A stretch of 63,749 nucleotides of DNA, filler included, from Octopus bimaculoides (Eukaryota): NCBI RefSeq assembly GCF_001194135.2. It is 5 parts of 5 records of this genome, joined end to end, with 100 filler letters (N's around TTAATTAATTAA, not from the genome) between each part and the next. Parts side by side here need not be neighbours in the genome. Positions count along the whole stretch, not along the records: positions 1 to 21,403 come from NC_069008.1; 4 more parts are not named here. One strand, written 5' to 3'. A program made the position numbers and the translations under genes. How positions within the stretch are numbered: position 1 is the first letter of the stretch; the number at the start of each line of letters is the position of its first letter. The notes under the pieces were generated by a model. The model searched no databases. It saw nothing but the letters and a program-made list of their open reading frames with translations, and was not told the origin of the DNA. Positions 1 through 12,217 of the stretch are shown here, in pieces.

Positions 1-299
1 AAGCCATCCAACCCATGCCAGCTTGGAAAACAGACATTGAATGGTGGATTATTTTCAGGTTTTCAGGGGGTCAAGTGGAATTTGTTGAGGCAGATTTCTC
101 TACGGTCAAATGCCCTTCCTATTACCACCCCTCACCTGCTTCCAAGCAGGGTTATATTTCCCCCGTGGTCAGACAATGTTTTCCATGAAAGACTAGAAAT
201 TAAAAAAAAACATTGTTGGTACGACAGTGACAGTCATAACTATATGCCATGAAGCCAAGACGAGGCTACACACATAAATATAAACAAGAGGACATTTTG

Positions 300-925
300 C
301 ATCAAAAGCCAGTATGAGAGTTTCTCCCATGGTATCTACCACAGTATACTCTGTTCCAACAGAACGTTTACATTTAAATGGGGGATAAACATTACCTCTC
401 CATATTAATACTGTCTTTGTTGCTAATATATATTCTTTAACAAGCTCACTGGCTAATCACAACATTAGTGTCTGTTTTAGCACCGTCATTCTGTATACCA
501 CTGGCAGGCATGAATCACTGCTATCTCTAGTGGTTGGGTGTTCATTGATGAGACCAAGGAAGGTTAAAATCACTCGATCTGGTGGTCTCAGCACAGAGGT
601 GGTGGGGATCCATCTCCCTGCTAGTGATATAAACAAAAATGCAGCTTGCACCAAAAGCCAATATGAGGGTCTCTCTCATGCAATCTATCACAGTACAGTT
701 TGTTCTAACAGAACATCCACATTTAAGTGGGGGATAAATATTACCTCTTAATATCAATACTGCTTCTGTCGCTAATATATATATATTTTTTAATGAGCTC
801 ACTGGCTAATTGCAACACCCGCGCCTGTTCTGGCACTGCTTTCCTCTATTTCACCGGCGGGAAGGTAAGTCGCTGCTATCTCTAGCACGGTTGAGCATCG
901 GTTTATTGTCAAGACCAAAAAAAGG
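300..925. repeat. Two diverged tandem copies of an ~270-bp unit (period ~350 bp)
   Basis: 300-563 and 650-925 share blocks such as AAAAGCCA.TATGAG, CATTTAA.TGGGGGATAAA.ATTACCTCT, AGCTCACTGGCTAAT and CTGCTATCTCTAG. Confidence 0.7.
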
Positions 926-1009
926 ACAAAATCACATCTCTGTCACTAATATATTATTATTATTATTATCATTATTATTATTAATAATAATAATAATAAT
1001 AATAAGGCA

Positions 1010-1215
1010 GTAGGCATGCCAGACAAAATGCTCTGCAACATTTTGTCCATCTTTATATTCTGAGTTCAAATTCCATCAAGGTTGACTGCCTTTCATCCTT
1101 TCAAGATTGATAAAGTAAGTACCAGTTGAGNNNNNNNNNNGGGGGGGGGGTGATGTAATAAACTAGCTGCTCCCACCCGAATTTCAGGACTTGTGCCTAT
1201 CAGTAAAAAAGGATT
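1010..1215 (+). mobile_element. SINE family B (GAGTTCAAATTCC B-box type), degenerate, contains a gap
   Basis: CTGAGTTCAAATTCCATCAAGGTTGACTGCCTTTCATCCTTTC body and GAATTTCAGGACTTGTGCC tail match the other copies in the window. Confidence 0.65.
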
Positions 1216-1434
1216 TTCATCATTATTTCATATACACACAACAGATTAAACTGTTGCAAAAGAAAAATTCCTGACATTGGGCTACAAATAACCTTAGATG
1301 CCAAGAACCCTCCTAAGTATCTTAGCCGTCCCAATTAACACTGTTTTTCGGAGTATTATTGTTATTATAGTTTCACAATAGCTAATTAAGTCATTACCAG
1401 ACAGCTTCCTGCCTAATATGGATAGCCAAATATA

Positions 1435-2285
1435 GTATAAGACAGTAAGATATGGTATGAGGCTGATTTAGTTGGTATTTCTGGCATCACTGCGTACCAT
1501 GTAGGGGTCTTCCTTGATGGTACATACATATACACATACATAAGAGAGTGTGCTTTGACGGAGTGTTGACTGCTATTTCTATGAGGTCTGGTAGCCACAT
1601 AGAGGTCTCCCTTATCGGCTCATACATACATAAATACATGCCCAAGACAGTGGGATGTGATCTGAGGAAGATTTGGTTGCTATTTCTGTAAGGTCTGGTT
1701 GCCACATAAAGGTTTTCCTTGTCGGCTCATACATACATACATAGAAAACAGTAAGGGGTGACTTGAAGGAGATTTGGCTGCTTTTTCTAGCATATCAAGC
1801 TATCGTGTATATGTCACCCTTGTTGGCTCATACATGTATACATACATCAGAGAACAGGGTATGATTTGAGGGATATTTAGCTGATATTTTTACCATATAG
1901 CAGTCTCGCTCAATGGCTTATACATACGTACATAAGACGGTAGGGTGTGATTTGAGGGAGATTTGGTTGCAATCTCTAGCAGGTTTAATTACCATGTAGA
2001 GGTCTCAATCATTGGCTCATACATATATACATACATAAGACAGAAGGGTGTGATCTGAGGGAGATTTGGCTGCTATATCTACAAGGGGTAGCTACAATGT
2101 AGAGATCTCTCTCATTGGCTCATAAGACAGAAGGGTGTGATCTGAGGGCGATTTGGCTGCTACTTCTACAACATTTGGCTACCATGTAGAGGTCTCACTC
2201 ATTGGCTCATCATACATATATAAGACAGTAAGGTTTATTTGAGGGAGATTTGGCTGATATTTCTACCAGTTCTTGTGGCAGTGTA
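1435..2285. repeat. Tandem array of ~9 diverged ~90-105 bp units
   Basis: Recurrent CATAAGACAG..GGGTGTGAT.TGAGGGAGATTTGGCTGCTAT.TCTA...ACCATGTAGAGGTCTC...CATTGGCTCATACAT. Dispersed single relatives occur near 12.8, 23.5, 23.9 and 46.3 kb. Confidence 0.85.
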
Positions 2286-2330
2286 AAGGCTCCCTTCAAC
2301 AGACAACAGCAAATCTGGGGTGAAGTTGAT

Positions 2331-3025
2331 CTAATTCCTATTGGTTAGCGGGTGATACCGAAACAAAAGATATGGGGTGGAAGTGTATCGCTTCCGGAGC
2401 ACAGCAAGGATGACAAAAGCAAGGCAGAGACACATGCTGCATACAGCGACGATGTAGTAGACGTATATGTGAACGGACCGTCTCGGGTGAGCAGCTGATG
2501 GGAAGCTGTAGCTCGGTGAGAAGGGCATGGGTGGAACAGACGAGATGCCGTCGAAGTTAACCGCTGCGTTGTCGATGTTGAGTTTACCCTGGCTTAGGAC
2601 TGCCGCACAATGCATGTAACCATGCATGGACGGGTACATGATGGCACAAACATGCTCGGCCAGGGTGCACTGATCTGGTATCGGATCTTTTTGGTACGAC
2701 ACGGTGTTGTAGCGCAGGTAGCGCCGGAAAGGAGATGTCTTGTTGAAGGAGAAGCCAGAGACGAGCTCGAAGAAGGCCGCAGCGGAGAAGTTGTCGAGGG
2801 GGAGGTCTTCCAGCGCACGGTATTCCAGCTGCCAGACGGCGTGGTTCACTCTGGGACGGATGTTCGACAGGTTCAAGTAGTACTGGTGGTAGTTGAGCAG
2901 ACGGTGACTCGTTCGGTTGTAGTGGTACAGCCTGACACCCGGGTTATTCGGCCCGACACCGGGCAAAGTGCTGTTCATTGGAGTGACCGCAGGAGCCATC
3001 AGCATTACTGATGCAGCAACGCCAT
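2331..3025 (-). CDS. SMPDL3: SMPDL3-like exon 6 (last): catalytic C-terminus, linker, TM helix and cytosolic tail
   Basis: Acceptor ccctacag|AT GGC; (D)GVAASVMLMAPAVTP...NNPGVRLYHY...WQLEY...HVCAI; TAG at 2331-2333. Confidence 0.92.
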
Positions 3026-6000
3026 CTGTAGGGGGATAAAAGAAAACATGAGTGATTTAGAGAGAGCGGGAGACGGGGAAAGAAAGAGTGTGTGTATATG
3101 TGAGAGAGGAAAAGAGAGAAAGAGAGAGAGAGAACAATAATGATGATGATGATAACAGTGATGATGTATGAACTATTCAACCCAGAAGGTCCCAAAGTGG
3201 GTCATACTGCTCCCACCCACCTGGGGGGAGGGACCTTCAAGGGAAGTGGGGGTGGCCAAAAGGAGAGCAATGTACGTAAAAGCAAACAAAATAATGGGTT
3301 AATTAGGGTTTAAGTTTTATTTGTGAAATACAATTGCTTTGAATTTGCTGCAGAAAGTGGTCCGTTTGTGGTGGTGAGTTGGGGGATGCGGGTGCACTAG
3401 GAACGCCCAAAAAAGTCTGGGAACTACTGATTTAACTCATAGCTGGGACCCTATAGAGCTAAAATGGGAGACAAAGGGGGCTAAAGTAAGATAGAGGGAA
3501 AAGCAGGTGTCTTGCTGCAGAGGAGATAGAGGGAAAAGATAAATATATGTCCGCAATTATGGTCATCAACAGCACAAGCAACAGGGTCATAATCGTTACC
3601 ATCACCCCCACAGCCCTCCTCTTCCACTGTAACCACTGCAGTTATTGCCACCACCACCACCAGTATCAATATCACAACCACCACTACTACTACCATCACC
3701 GCAATCACCACCCACCACCACCACCACCACCACCACTGAAATCACAGCCACCCACCACCACCACCACCACNNNNNNNNNNNNNNNNNNNNNNNNNNNNNN
3801 NNNNNNNNNNNNNNNNNNNNNNNNNNNNNNNNNNNNNNNNNNNNNNNNNNNNNNNNNNNNNNNNNNNNNNNNNNNNNNNNNNNNNNNNNNNNNNNNNNNN
3901 NNNNNNNNNNNNNNNNNNNNNNNNNNNNNNNNNNNNNNNNNNNNNNNNNNNNNNNNNNNNNNNNNNNNNNNNNNNNNNNNNNNNNNNNNNNNNNNNNNNN
4001 NNNNNNNNNNNNNNNNNNNNNNNNNNNNNNNNNNNNNNNNNNNNNNNNNNNNNNNNNNNNNNNNNNNNNNNNNNNNNNNNNNNNNNNNNNNNNNNNNNNN
4101 NNNNNNNNNNNNNNNNNNNNNNNNNNNNNNNNNNNNNNNNNNNNNNNNNNNNNNNNNNNNNNNNNNNNNNNNNNNNNNNNNNNNNNNNNACCACCACCAC
4201 TGAAATCACAGCCACCCACCATTACCGTTCCCACAACTGTTACCATCATCATTATTATCCCTACCACCATTATCAGCAACATCGCCACAACTACAACCAT
4301 CCACCATGATCATCTCCACTATTACCACCACCACCGCTGCTACCGCCACAACTACAACCATCCACCATGATCATCTCCACTATTACCACCACCACCGCTG
4401 CTACCGCCACAACTACTGCCCCAGTCTCCTCCACCACAACTGTCACTACCACAACCACCACCCACAACACTGTCTTACCTTCATACAACAACCTGAAGGT
4501 GTCTGTGTGTTCATGTCCATAGATCTGCATGTCGACAGTGTCAGAGTAGTTAGACAGGATGTCCACTAATTGGTCGTTAAAGTCTGGTCGCATCCACTGG
4601 AGGAAGGCACGTCTCTCGAAAATGCCGGGTGGGACATGGGCCATCAGTAACACCTACAATAACAACAAAGTGATTATGCATTATATATATATATATAAGG
4701 TTATGAAGACTATTAGTTTCGACCAAACCCAAAGATACTGCCAGAATGAAGCTCCACTCCAAGTACTGTTTCTTCTTTGTTCTTTCTTCTGCACATCGCT
4801 CTCACTTTTTATTACAAATCTCCTCTTATAGATGTAATAATCCATTCTCCTACTATTACCGTTTCCGATGAAGGGATACATTGGATTTTCCCTGAAACAG
4901 CTGTAAGACTTTATCCATAAAATTTATTTCTAACTTTGCCATTGGTCTCTTTATCCTTTTCTCTCTTTATACATACATACATATATATATATATATGTTT
5001 AAATATATTTTTTTCACCAAAAATTTGGCAAAAGAATATAGTATCTGTTAACAATCTTAGCAAAAAACTCACAGATCAGTTTTGAGCTCTGTTTAAAATT
5101 GATATATATATATATATATATATATATGAGGAGATGCTAAAATGTTCCTGACTTTGGGTTAAAGAAAATACAGGCGGATCAATTCTTATGATTTTATCCA
5201 ACATGTTCTCCTCTCAGATTCACACACTTATTGCAGCAGTCCTTCAGTTTTTCTAAGCCCTGTAAAAGAACTCGGAAGTTTGGGTCGCCAACCAGGCCTT
5301 TTGCATCACCTTTAAAGCCAGGAACTTTTCAGTACTCCCCGGTAAAACCGGTATAATATTAAAGCCGGATATGGATGGTTTAAATGCTAAATGGTTAGAC
5401 ATCAAATGGCCATGAGGGTCCTTCTGAATAAAATAAGAATCAATAGGCTCCATAAGGGAAACAAAAATGGGGTTGAGAGTCACTGGTATAGACCAAACAG
5501 AACAATGTCCACTCACCTTTTCTTTGTTTTGAGTTGCAAGCTCTAGCTGGGCCTGAAGCCATTCAAACTGACCACCTGGGTCAGTGGTATTAAGGGTGAA
5601 ATTATTCATACTGTAATACAGGTTCGTGTTCAGCGATATCAGTCGGAAACCCGTGGAAATCAGGGTGGAGTAGTACCCAGCTGGAAATGGAAGGAAAGAC
5701 GTTAGAAAAAGGACACACAAAAGGAGGACATTGTGGCAACAAATCTAACCAGAATTCACCCATTGATCTTCTGTGTCCGCTTCTTCTCTGGAGGGTCAGG
5801 CAAGTAGAATCCTTGGGTACCTAGGCCATGGGGTCCTGTCAGAAACAAGCATCGTTAGACTTTCCCGCTGGATTCCCAACGATGACCAACAGAGAATATG
5901 AAAATTATCCAATCATGTACTTGGTATCTTATATATGAATATATCTGAAATCGAACCGAATCCGACGACTGGCATCCATGCCAACCTCTCCTTCATTGGA

Positions 6001-9000
6001 CACTAAACTCTGCTTGCGAAGAACTGTTGGGGCAAGTGAAATCATAATTGAACCATACTCGATGACTGGCACCTGCGCCAGCGGAACATTAACAGCACTG
6101 TCGAGCGTGTTCATTGCCACGTGCTAGTGGCCCGTAAATAGCACCATTTGAGCGTAATCGTTACCAGCGTTGCCTTCTAGCACTTGTGCTGGTGGCACGT
6201 TAGAAAATCATTCGAGCGAGGTTGTTGCCAGTGCCGCTGGACTGGCTCCCGTGCAGGTGGCACATAAAAAACACCTTTTTGAGCGTGGCCGTTGCCAGTA
6301 CCGTGTGACTGGCCCTCGTGTCGGTGGCACGTAAAAGCACCCACTACACTCTCCGAGTGGTTGGCGTTAGGAAAGGCATCCAGCTGTAGAAACTCTGCCA
6401 AATCAGATTGAAGCCTGGTGTAGCCATCTGGTTTCACCAGTCCTCAGTCAAATCGTCCAACCCATGCTAGCATGGAAAGCAGACATTAAACGATGATGAT
6501 GATATGTTTGAATGTGTGTGTGTGTGAGTGTGTGTGAGAGAGAGAGAGAATCACATATCATCTTCAATTAACGGTTGTTTTCCATGCTGACATGGTTTGC
6601 ATGGTAAGCCAGAGAGCTGCACCAGCTTAAGGCCTGATTTGGATTGGTTTCTACAGCCAGATGCCTTTCCTAATGCCAACCACTTTACAGTGTAATGGGC
6701 ACTTTTTATAAATATAAATATTCTTTTATTCATTTACTTGTTTCCGTCATTTGACTGCGGCCGTGCTGGAGCACTGCCTTTAGTCAAACAAATCAACCCC
6801 AGTACCAGTTACGCACTGGTAATCGACTTAATCCGTTTGTCCCCTCTATGTTTAGCCCCCTGAGGGCAATACAGAAATAAGATACTGATGATGATGATGG
6901 TGGTGGTGGTCATCGTAATGATGATGATGGCAACAATGATGATGAGAAGAATGATGATGATAAGAACAACAATAATGATAAGAACAACAATAATTACAAT
7001 GATGATGATGACGATGATGATGATGGAACGAAAGTAATTAACAACAACAAGAACAACTACAACAAAACAAAACAGACACTCGTGAAGACAAGGTTTGGCT
7101 ATGAGACGACTCACCTGTAATAAACTGGGCCTGATCGTCCGGCTGGAGAAGTTCAGCCCAGTGGCTACGGGTCAGCAGCTGAGCATAGAAGTCAGACCCG
7201 GGGGCAGTGTCGGGCATCTGGTTGGACGGGTAGGCGTCATGGTTGCCGACGGTCGGGTATATGGTGGTGTTGGGGAAGGTGGAGCGGAGGAGGCGGGTGA
7301 NNNNNNNNNNGTCATGGTTGCCGACGGTCGGGTATATGGTGGTGTTGGGGAAGGTGGAGCGGAGGAGGCGGGTGATGTTGCCGATCACCTCGTACACCTT
7401 GTCCAGGCTGTCCTCGGAGTCCTTGATGTGTGGGATGCTGTCCCTGAAAGATGGAGCAAACACATACACAAACAAATATATGTGTGTGTGTGCGTGCATG
7501 TGTATGTATGCATACATACAGGATTAAATAAAAAGACAACAAACGGAAAATATGACCTACCTATTACTCTTTTACTTGTTTCAGTCATTTGACTGCGGCC
7601 ATGCTGGAGCACCGCCTTTATAGTCGAGCAAATCGACCCCAGGACTTATTCTTTGTAAGCCTAGTACTTATTCTATCGGGGGTCTTTTGCCAAACCGCTA
7701 GGTTATGGGGACGTAAACACACCAGCATCAGTTGTCAAGTGATGTTGCAGGGACAAACACAGACACACAAACATATATATATATATATATACGACGGGCT
7801 TCTTTTAGTTTCCGTCTACCAAATCCAATCACAAGGCTTTGGTCGGCCCGAGGCTATAGTAGAAGACACTAGCCCAAGGTGCCATGCAGTGGGACTGAAC
7901 CCGGAACCATGTGGTNNNNNNNNNNNNNNNNNNNNNNNNNNNNNNNNNNNNNNNNNNNNNNNNNNNNNNNNNNNNNNNNNNNNNNNNNNNNNNNNNNNNN
8001 NNNNNNNNNNNNNNNNNNNNNNNNNNNNNNNNNNNNNNNNNNNNNNNNNNNNNNNNNNNNNNNNNNNNNNNNNNNNNNNNNNNNNNNNNNNNNNNNNNNN
8101 NNNNNNNNNNNNNNNNNNNNNNNNNNNNNNNNNNNNNNNNNNNNNNNNNNNNNNNNNNNNNNNNNNNNNNNNNNNNNNNNNNNNNNNNNNNNNNNNNNNN
8201 NNNNNNNNNNNNNNNNNNNNNNNNNNNNNNNNNNNNNNNNNNNNNNNNNNNNNNNNNNNNNNNNNNNNNNNNNNNNNNNNNNNNNNNNNNNNNNNNNNNN
8301 NNNNNNNNNNNNNNNNNNNNNNNNNNNNNNNNNNNNNNNNNNNNNNNNNNNNNNNNNNNNNNNNNNNNNNNNNNNNNNNNNNNNNNNNNNNNNNNNNNNN
8401 NNNNNNNNNNNNNNNNNNNNNNNNNNNNNNNNNNNNNNNNNNNNNNNNNNNNNNNNNNNNNNNNNNNNNNNNNNNNNNNNNNNNNNNNNNNNNNNNNNNN
8501 NNNNNNNNNNNNNNNNNNNNNNNNNNNNNNNNNNNNNNNNNNNNNNNNNNNNNNNNNNNNNNNNNNNNNNNNNNNNNNNNNNNNNNNNNNNNNNACTCTG
8601 CCAAATTTAGATTGGAGTCTGGTGTTGCCATCCGGTTTCACCAGTCCTCAGTCAAGTCGTCCAACCCATGCTAGCATGGAAAGCGGACGTTAAACGATGA
8701 TGATGATAGGTAGATCATATTTTTTGTCTGTTGTCTTTTCTTCATTTAATCTTGAAAATATTATTTATGTAACACGAGCATGGCCATTGCTGGTACCACC
8801 TGACTGGCCCTCGTGCCGGTGGCACATAAAAGCACCCACTACGCTCTCTGAGTGGTTGGTGTTAGGAAGGGCATCCAGCTGAAGAAACTCTGCCAGATCA
8901 GATTGGAGCCTGGTGCAGCCATCTGGTTCGCCAGTCCTCAGTCAAATCGTCCAACCCATGCTAGCATGGAAAGCAGACGTTAAACAATGATGATGATGAT

Positions 9001-12000
9001 GAATGACATTGTAGGTTAGGTGTGAGAGGCTGGATCTGGCTAATTTGAACCTTAATCCTTTAGCATTCAGACTATTCCATCAAATGCAATGCTTATGTAT
9101 TCACATTGTTTTGAATTAATCATACATTATCTCGTAGCTTGAAGATATGACTGTATATTTTTAGAATAACATAGTAGAATAGGTGTAGGATAGATGTGAA
9201 ATGCCAGATCAAGCCAGTTTGAATATAGAACAAGTAGAGTGGGATATTGCCAGTGTAACCCTTTAGCATTCAGGTTACTCAGGTTAAACATAAAACAGAA
9301 TATATAAAAGGCTGGTTTAACTACTCTGGATTCAGATTCTTCCGTCAAATGTAATGCTTATTTATTCACATTGGTTTGAATTAATTGTGTATTATCTCAT
9401 AGCTTTGAGATTTCAATGATGTGATAATATATTTTTAGAATGACATTGTAGAGTAGGTGTAAGAGACCAGATCTGGTCACTTTGAATGCAAACCAGGTAG
9501 AATTCATGGGCTGGATATGGCTGGCTTAACACTTTAGCATTCCGGTTATTTTATCAAATGTAATATTGTTTTGATGTAATCATGCATTATCTTGTAGTTT
9601 TGTGATTTCAATGATGTGATTGTATATTTTAACAAAGATATTGTTCGGTTAGTGTGAGAGGCCAAATCTGGACAGTTTGGACATAAAACAGGGAGACTGT
9701 TTTGGCCAGATCTGGACAGTTTAAAGGCTGAAAAGTTAACTGTAGGTCTACCATATCAATGACTTACCCAGTCCATAAAATGAAGTCCGGAGATGCTTCG
9801 ATGCTCTTCATCGCACTGACGGCAGATGAAACAAGGGCCCAGGGTGAATCGCAGGAGTAGTCGCCATACGTACTGAGGTTGTCCTTGAAGTGGTGATCAT
9901 GATGCGGAGAAGTAGCATGGTTGTGGCACATCTGGGTGTGGTCACCATGGGTACTGTAGTTGACGTCCAGGTGAAAGTCGGTCACCTGCCATATTGTGCC
10001 TGATTGGGTGGTGGTGGTAGAGTCAGAGAAATGGAGATAAGACAGCCAGTTAGATATATATATATATATATATATATAGACAAACAGACAAAAAGATAGA
10101 TAGACAGGTAGATAGATAGATAGATTAATAGATAGATAGATACAGATAGATAGATAGATAGATAGGCAGATAGATAGAGAGAAAGAGATAGAAAGAAAGA
10201 TATAGATAGAGAGAGATAGACAGACAGACAGCCATTCAGATAGACAGACAGATAGATAGATAGTCAAGCAGACAGATTTAAATGCATACACCCACACACA
10301 TACAAAGTAGAAACAGCTGTAAGCTTATGTTATTATATCATTAGTGATGATATATAATGTGTGTGTGTGTGTGTGTGACAATATATCAGAGTACCAAATA
10401 TAACAATAAGTAATGTAACAAGAGTTAGTTATCTTATTATAACCGTTTGCACAATAACAATCTGATACTCCAACACAGAATCCATAACAAGACTAACGCT
10501 CTCACAGTTCGTCCTCAACTGTCTTCTGGTTCATTCTATTTATAAGACTCATCCAGTCCACTGAGTCAGTTCACTCCACAACAGCTAATGAAAACGATTA
10601 TGTAAACTTTGTTCATTTGTCGTTTATTGATATTATGCACTGTACTTACCTGAACTCCACTCCAAAGTAATTCTTTTCTCATTTATGATATGGCTACGCT
10701 ACATGTAAGCTGTCTAAATGTGCATAGCCTGAGCTCAAAGTGCAAGCAAGCTGCTCTCCTCGACAGCGCTCAGGTCACATAAAATTGGTATTATGGTTGC
10801 TACAGAGACCAAGTTGGACAAGGTGCAACCCTTCTCAAACCTCCTGAACGACTATGAGAAAATCTTGTCTCCCAGTCGGACAGGGGTGGGGGTGGGGGTG
10901 TGGTTTTGCTCCAAAAAAGCTTGGCTCTGCAGACACGTGCAACCTTTGTAGACCCAGAAGGTGATTCGGTTGTTCTGGATCTGGATCTAACATTCAGTGG
11001 TAAGACCTTCAGGTTGATCGGCATTTACGCACCTCGTTCAACAAGCAAACGGAACGAGTCCTATCGATGCCTGGAGGACTTTCTCGTGACATCAAAGACA
11101 ATAGTGATGCTAGGAGACTTTAATGCTATTCTAGATGCATGCTTAGATAGCATTGGCTCGATCGACAGGAAAAGTAACTCACGCCTCATCGATCTGCTGA
11201 AGTGATTTAGGCTGGCAGATCGATACAGACTTGAGATTCCGAGTGTTCTAATGGGGACTTGGAGTAATAACGACATATCTCTCATGTCTTATAAAGACAG
11301 GATAGTAGTGAATACTTGAGATAGGTCCTCCTTTAGCTGTCCACAATTTACTTATATACCCTACACGGATCACAAATTAGTGACATGTAAGGTACATATA
11401 GACAAAGCCCATAGACAGGGATCTGGTTACAGGAAGTTGAACAAGACCTTATTGGATTGCAAAACACACTGTAGCCAGATTAAGGAGCTAGTTATGAGGG
11501 CACTCGTGGCAGCGAGATCGGCCTTGTACTGACACCTCAATTTTGTAAAGAACATTAATTATGATGAGGAAAAAAAGGGGGAGGACGGCGGGTCGAACAC
11601 AAATCTAGAAAAAAACTGTATATTATTATTAATTTCTAATTCATTTTAATTCATTTGGTTCATTCCTTCAATTTCATTGTATTCGATTTTTATAACAGCA
11701 GTCCCTAGATGTTTTTGTTTTGTCCTTGTGTCGTCCCCTCTATGTTAGCCATGTATTGGCAAAGAAAAGAAATTAGTGAGAACCTAGTTGGCAAAAAGGA
11801 GCTGACAGAGAGGCGACCCCAGGCAAAATCCAGTTAGTGAGATAATTCAACTGGGAGAAGGCTTACCAGTGGGAGTGTCTTATCACAACAGCACTGCTGT
11901 TGAAGGCATCATTTTATCGACTCCCTACATTTAACATTCACTCTATCTTCCTCTAATTCCTAGTTGGGCAGCTAGCAGTTTGACCAAACATAACGAGCAA

Positions 12001-12174
12001 CAAACATACAAGAACAGATAACTCTATTGTTTTTATATGATACACACATTTGTCCGTCGAGTCAAGACATTATATACAAAGTAACTAACGGTAAATAAAT
12101 ATTTTCTTAAGCTTCGATCGCTGTTCTTCTTCCATCTTGCATACTGACAACCAACACCTTAACAACAAACCGTT

Positions 12175-12217
<43 letters not shown>

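Noticed and set aside
1435-2285. Regularly spaced repeats superficially like a CRISPR array
   Set aside because: Eukaryotic context, whole units are homologous (no unique spacers), and no cas genes.
7236-7375. Apparent in-frame duplication of TRLLRSTFPNTTIYPTVGNHD (catalytic GNHD motif twice) in SMPDL3 exon 3
   Set aside because: An identical 65-nt block sits on both sides of a 10-N gap, the typical unmerged contig-overlap artefact.
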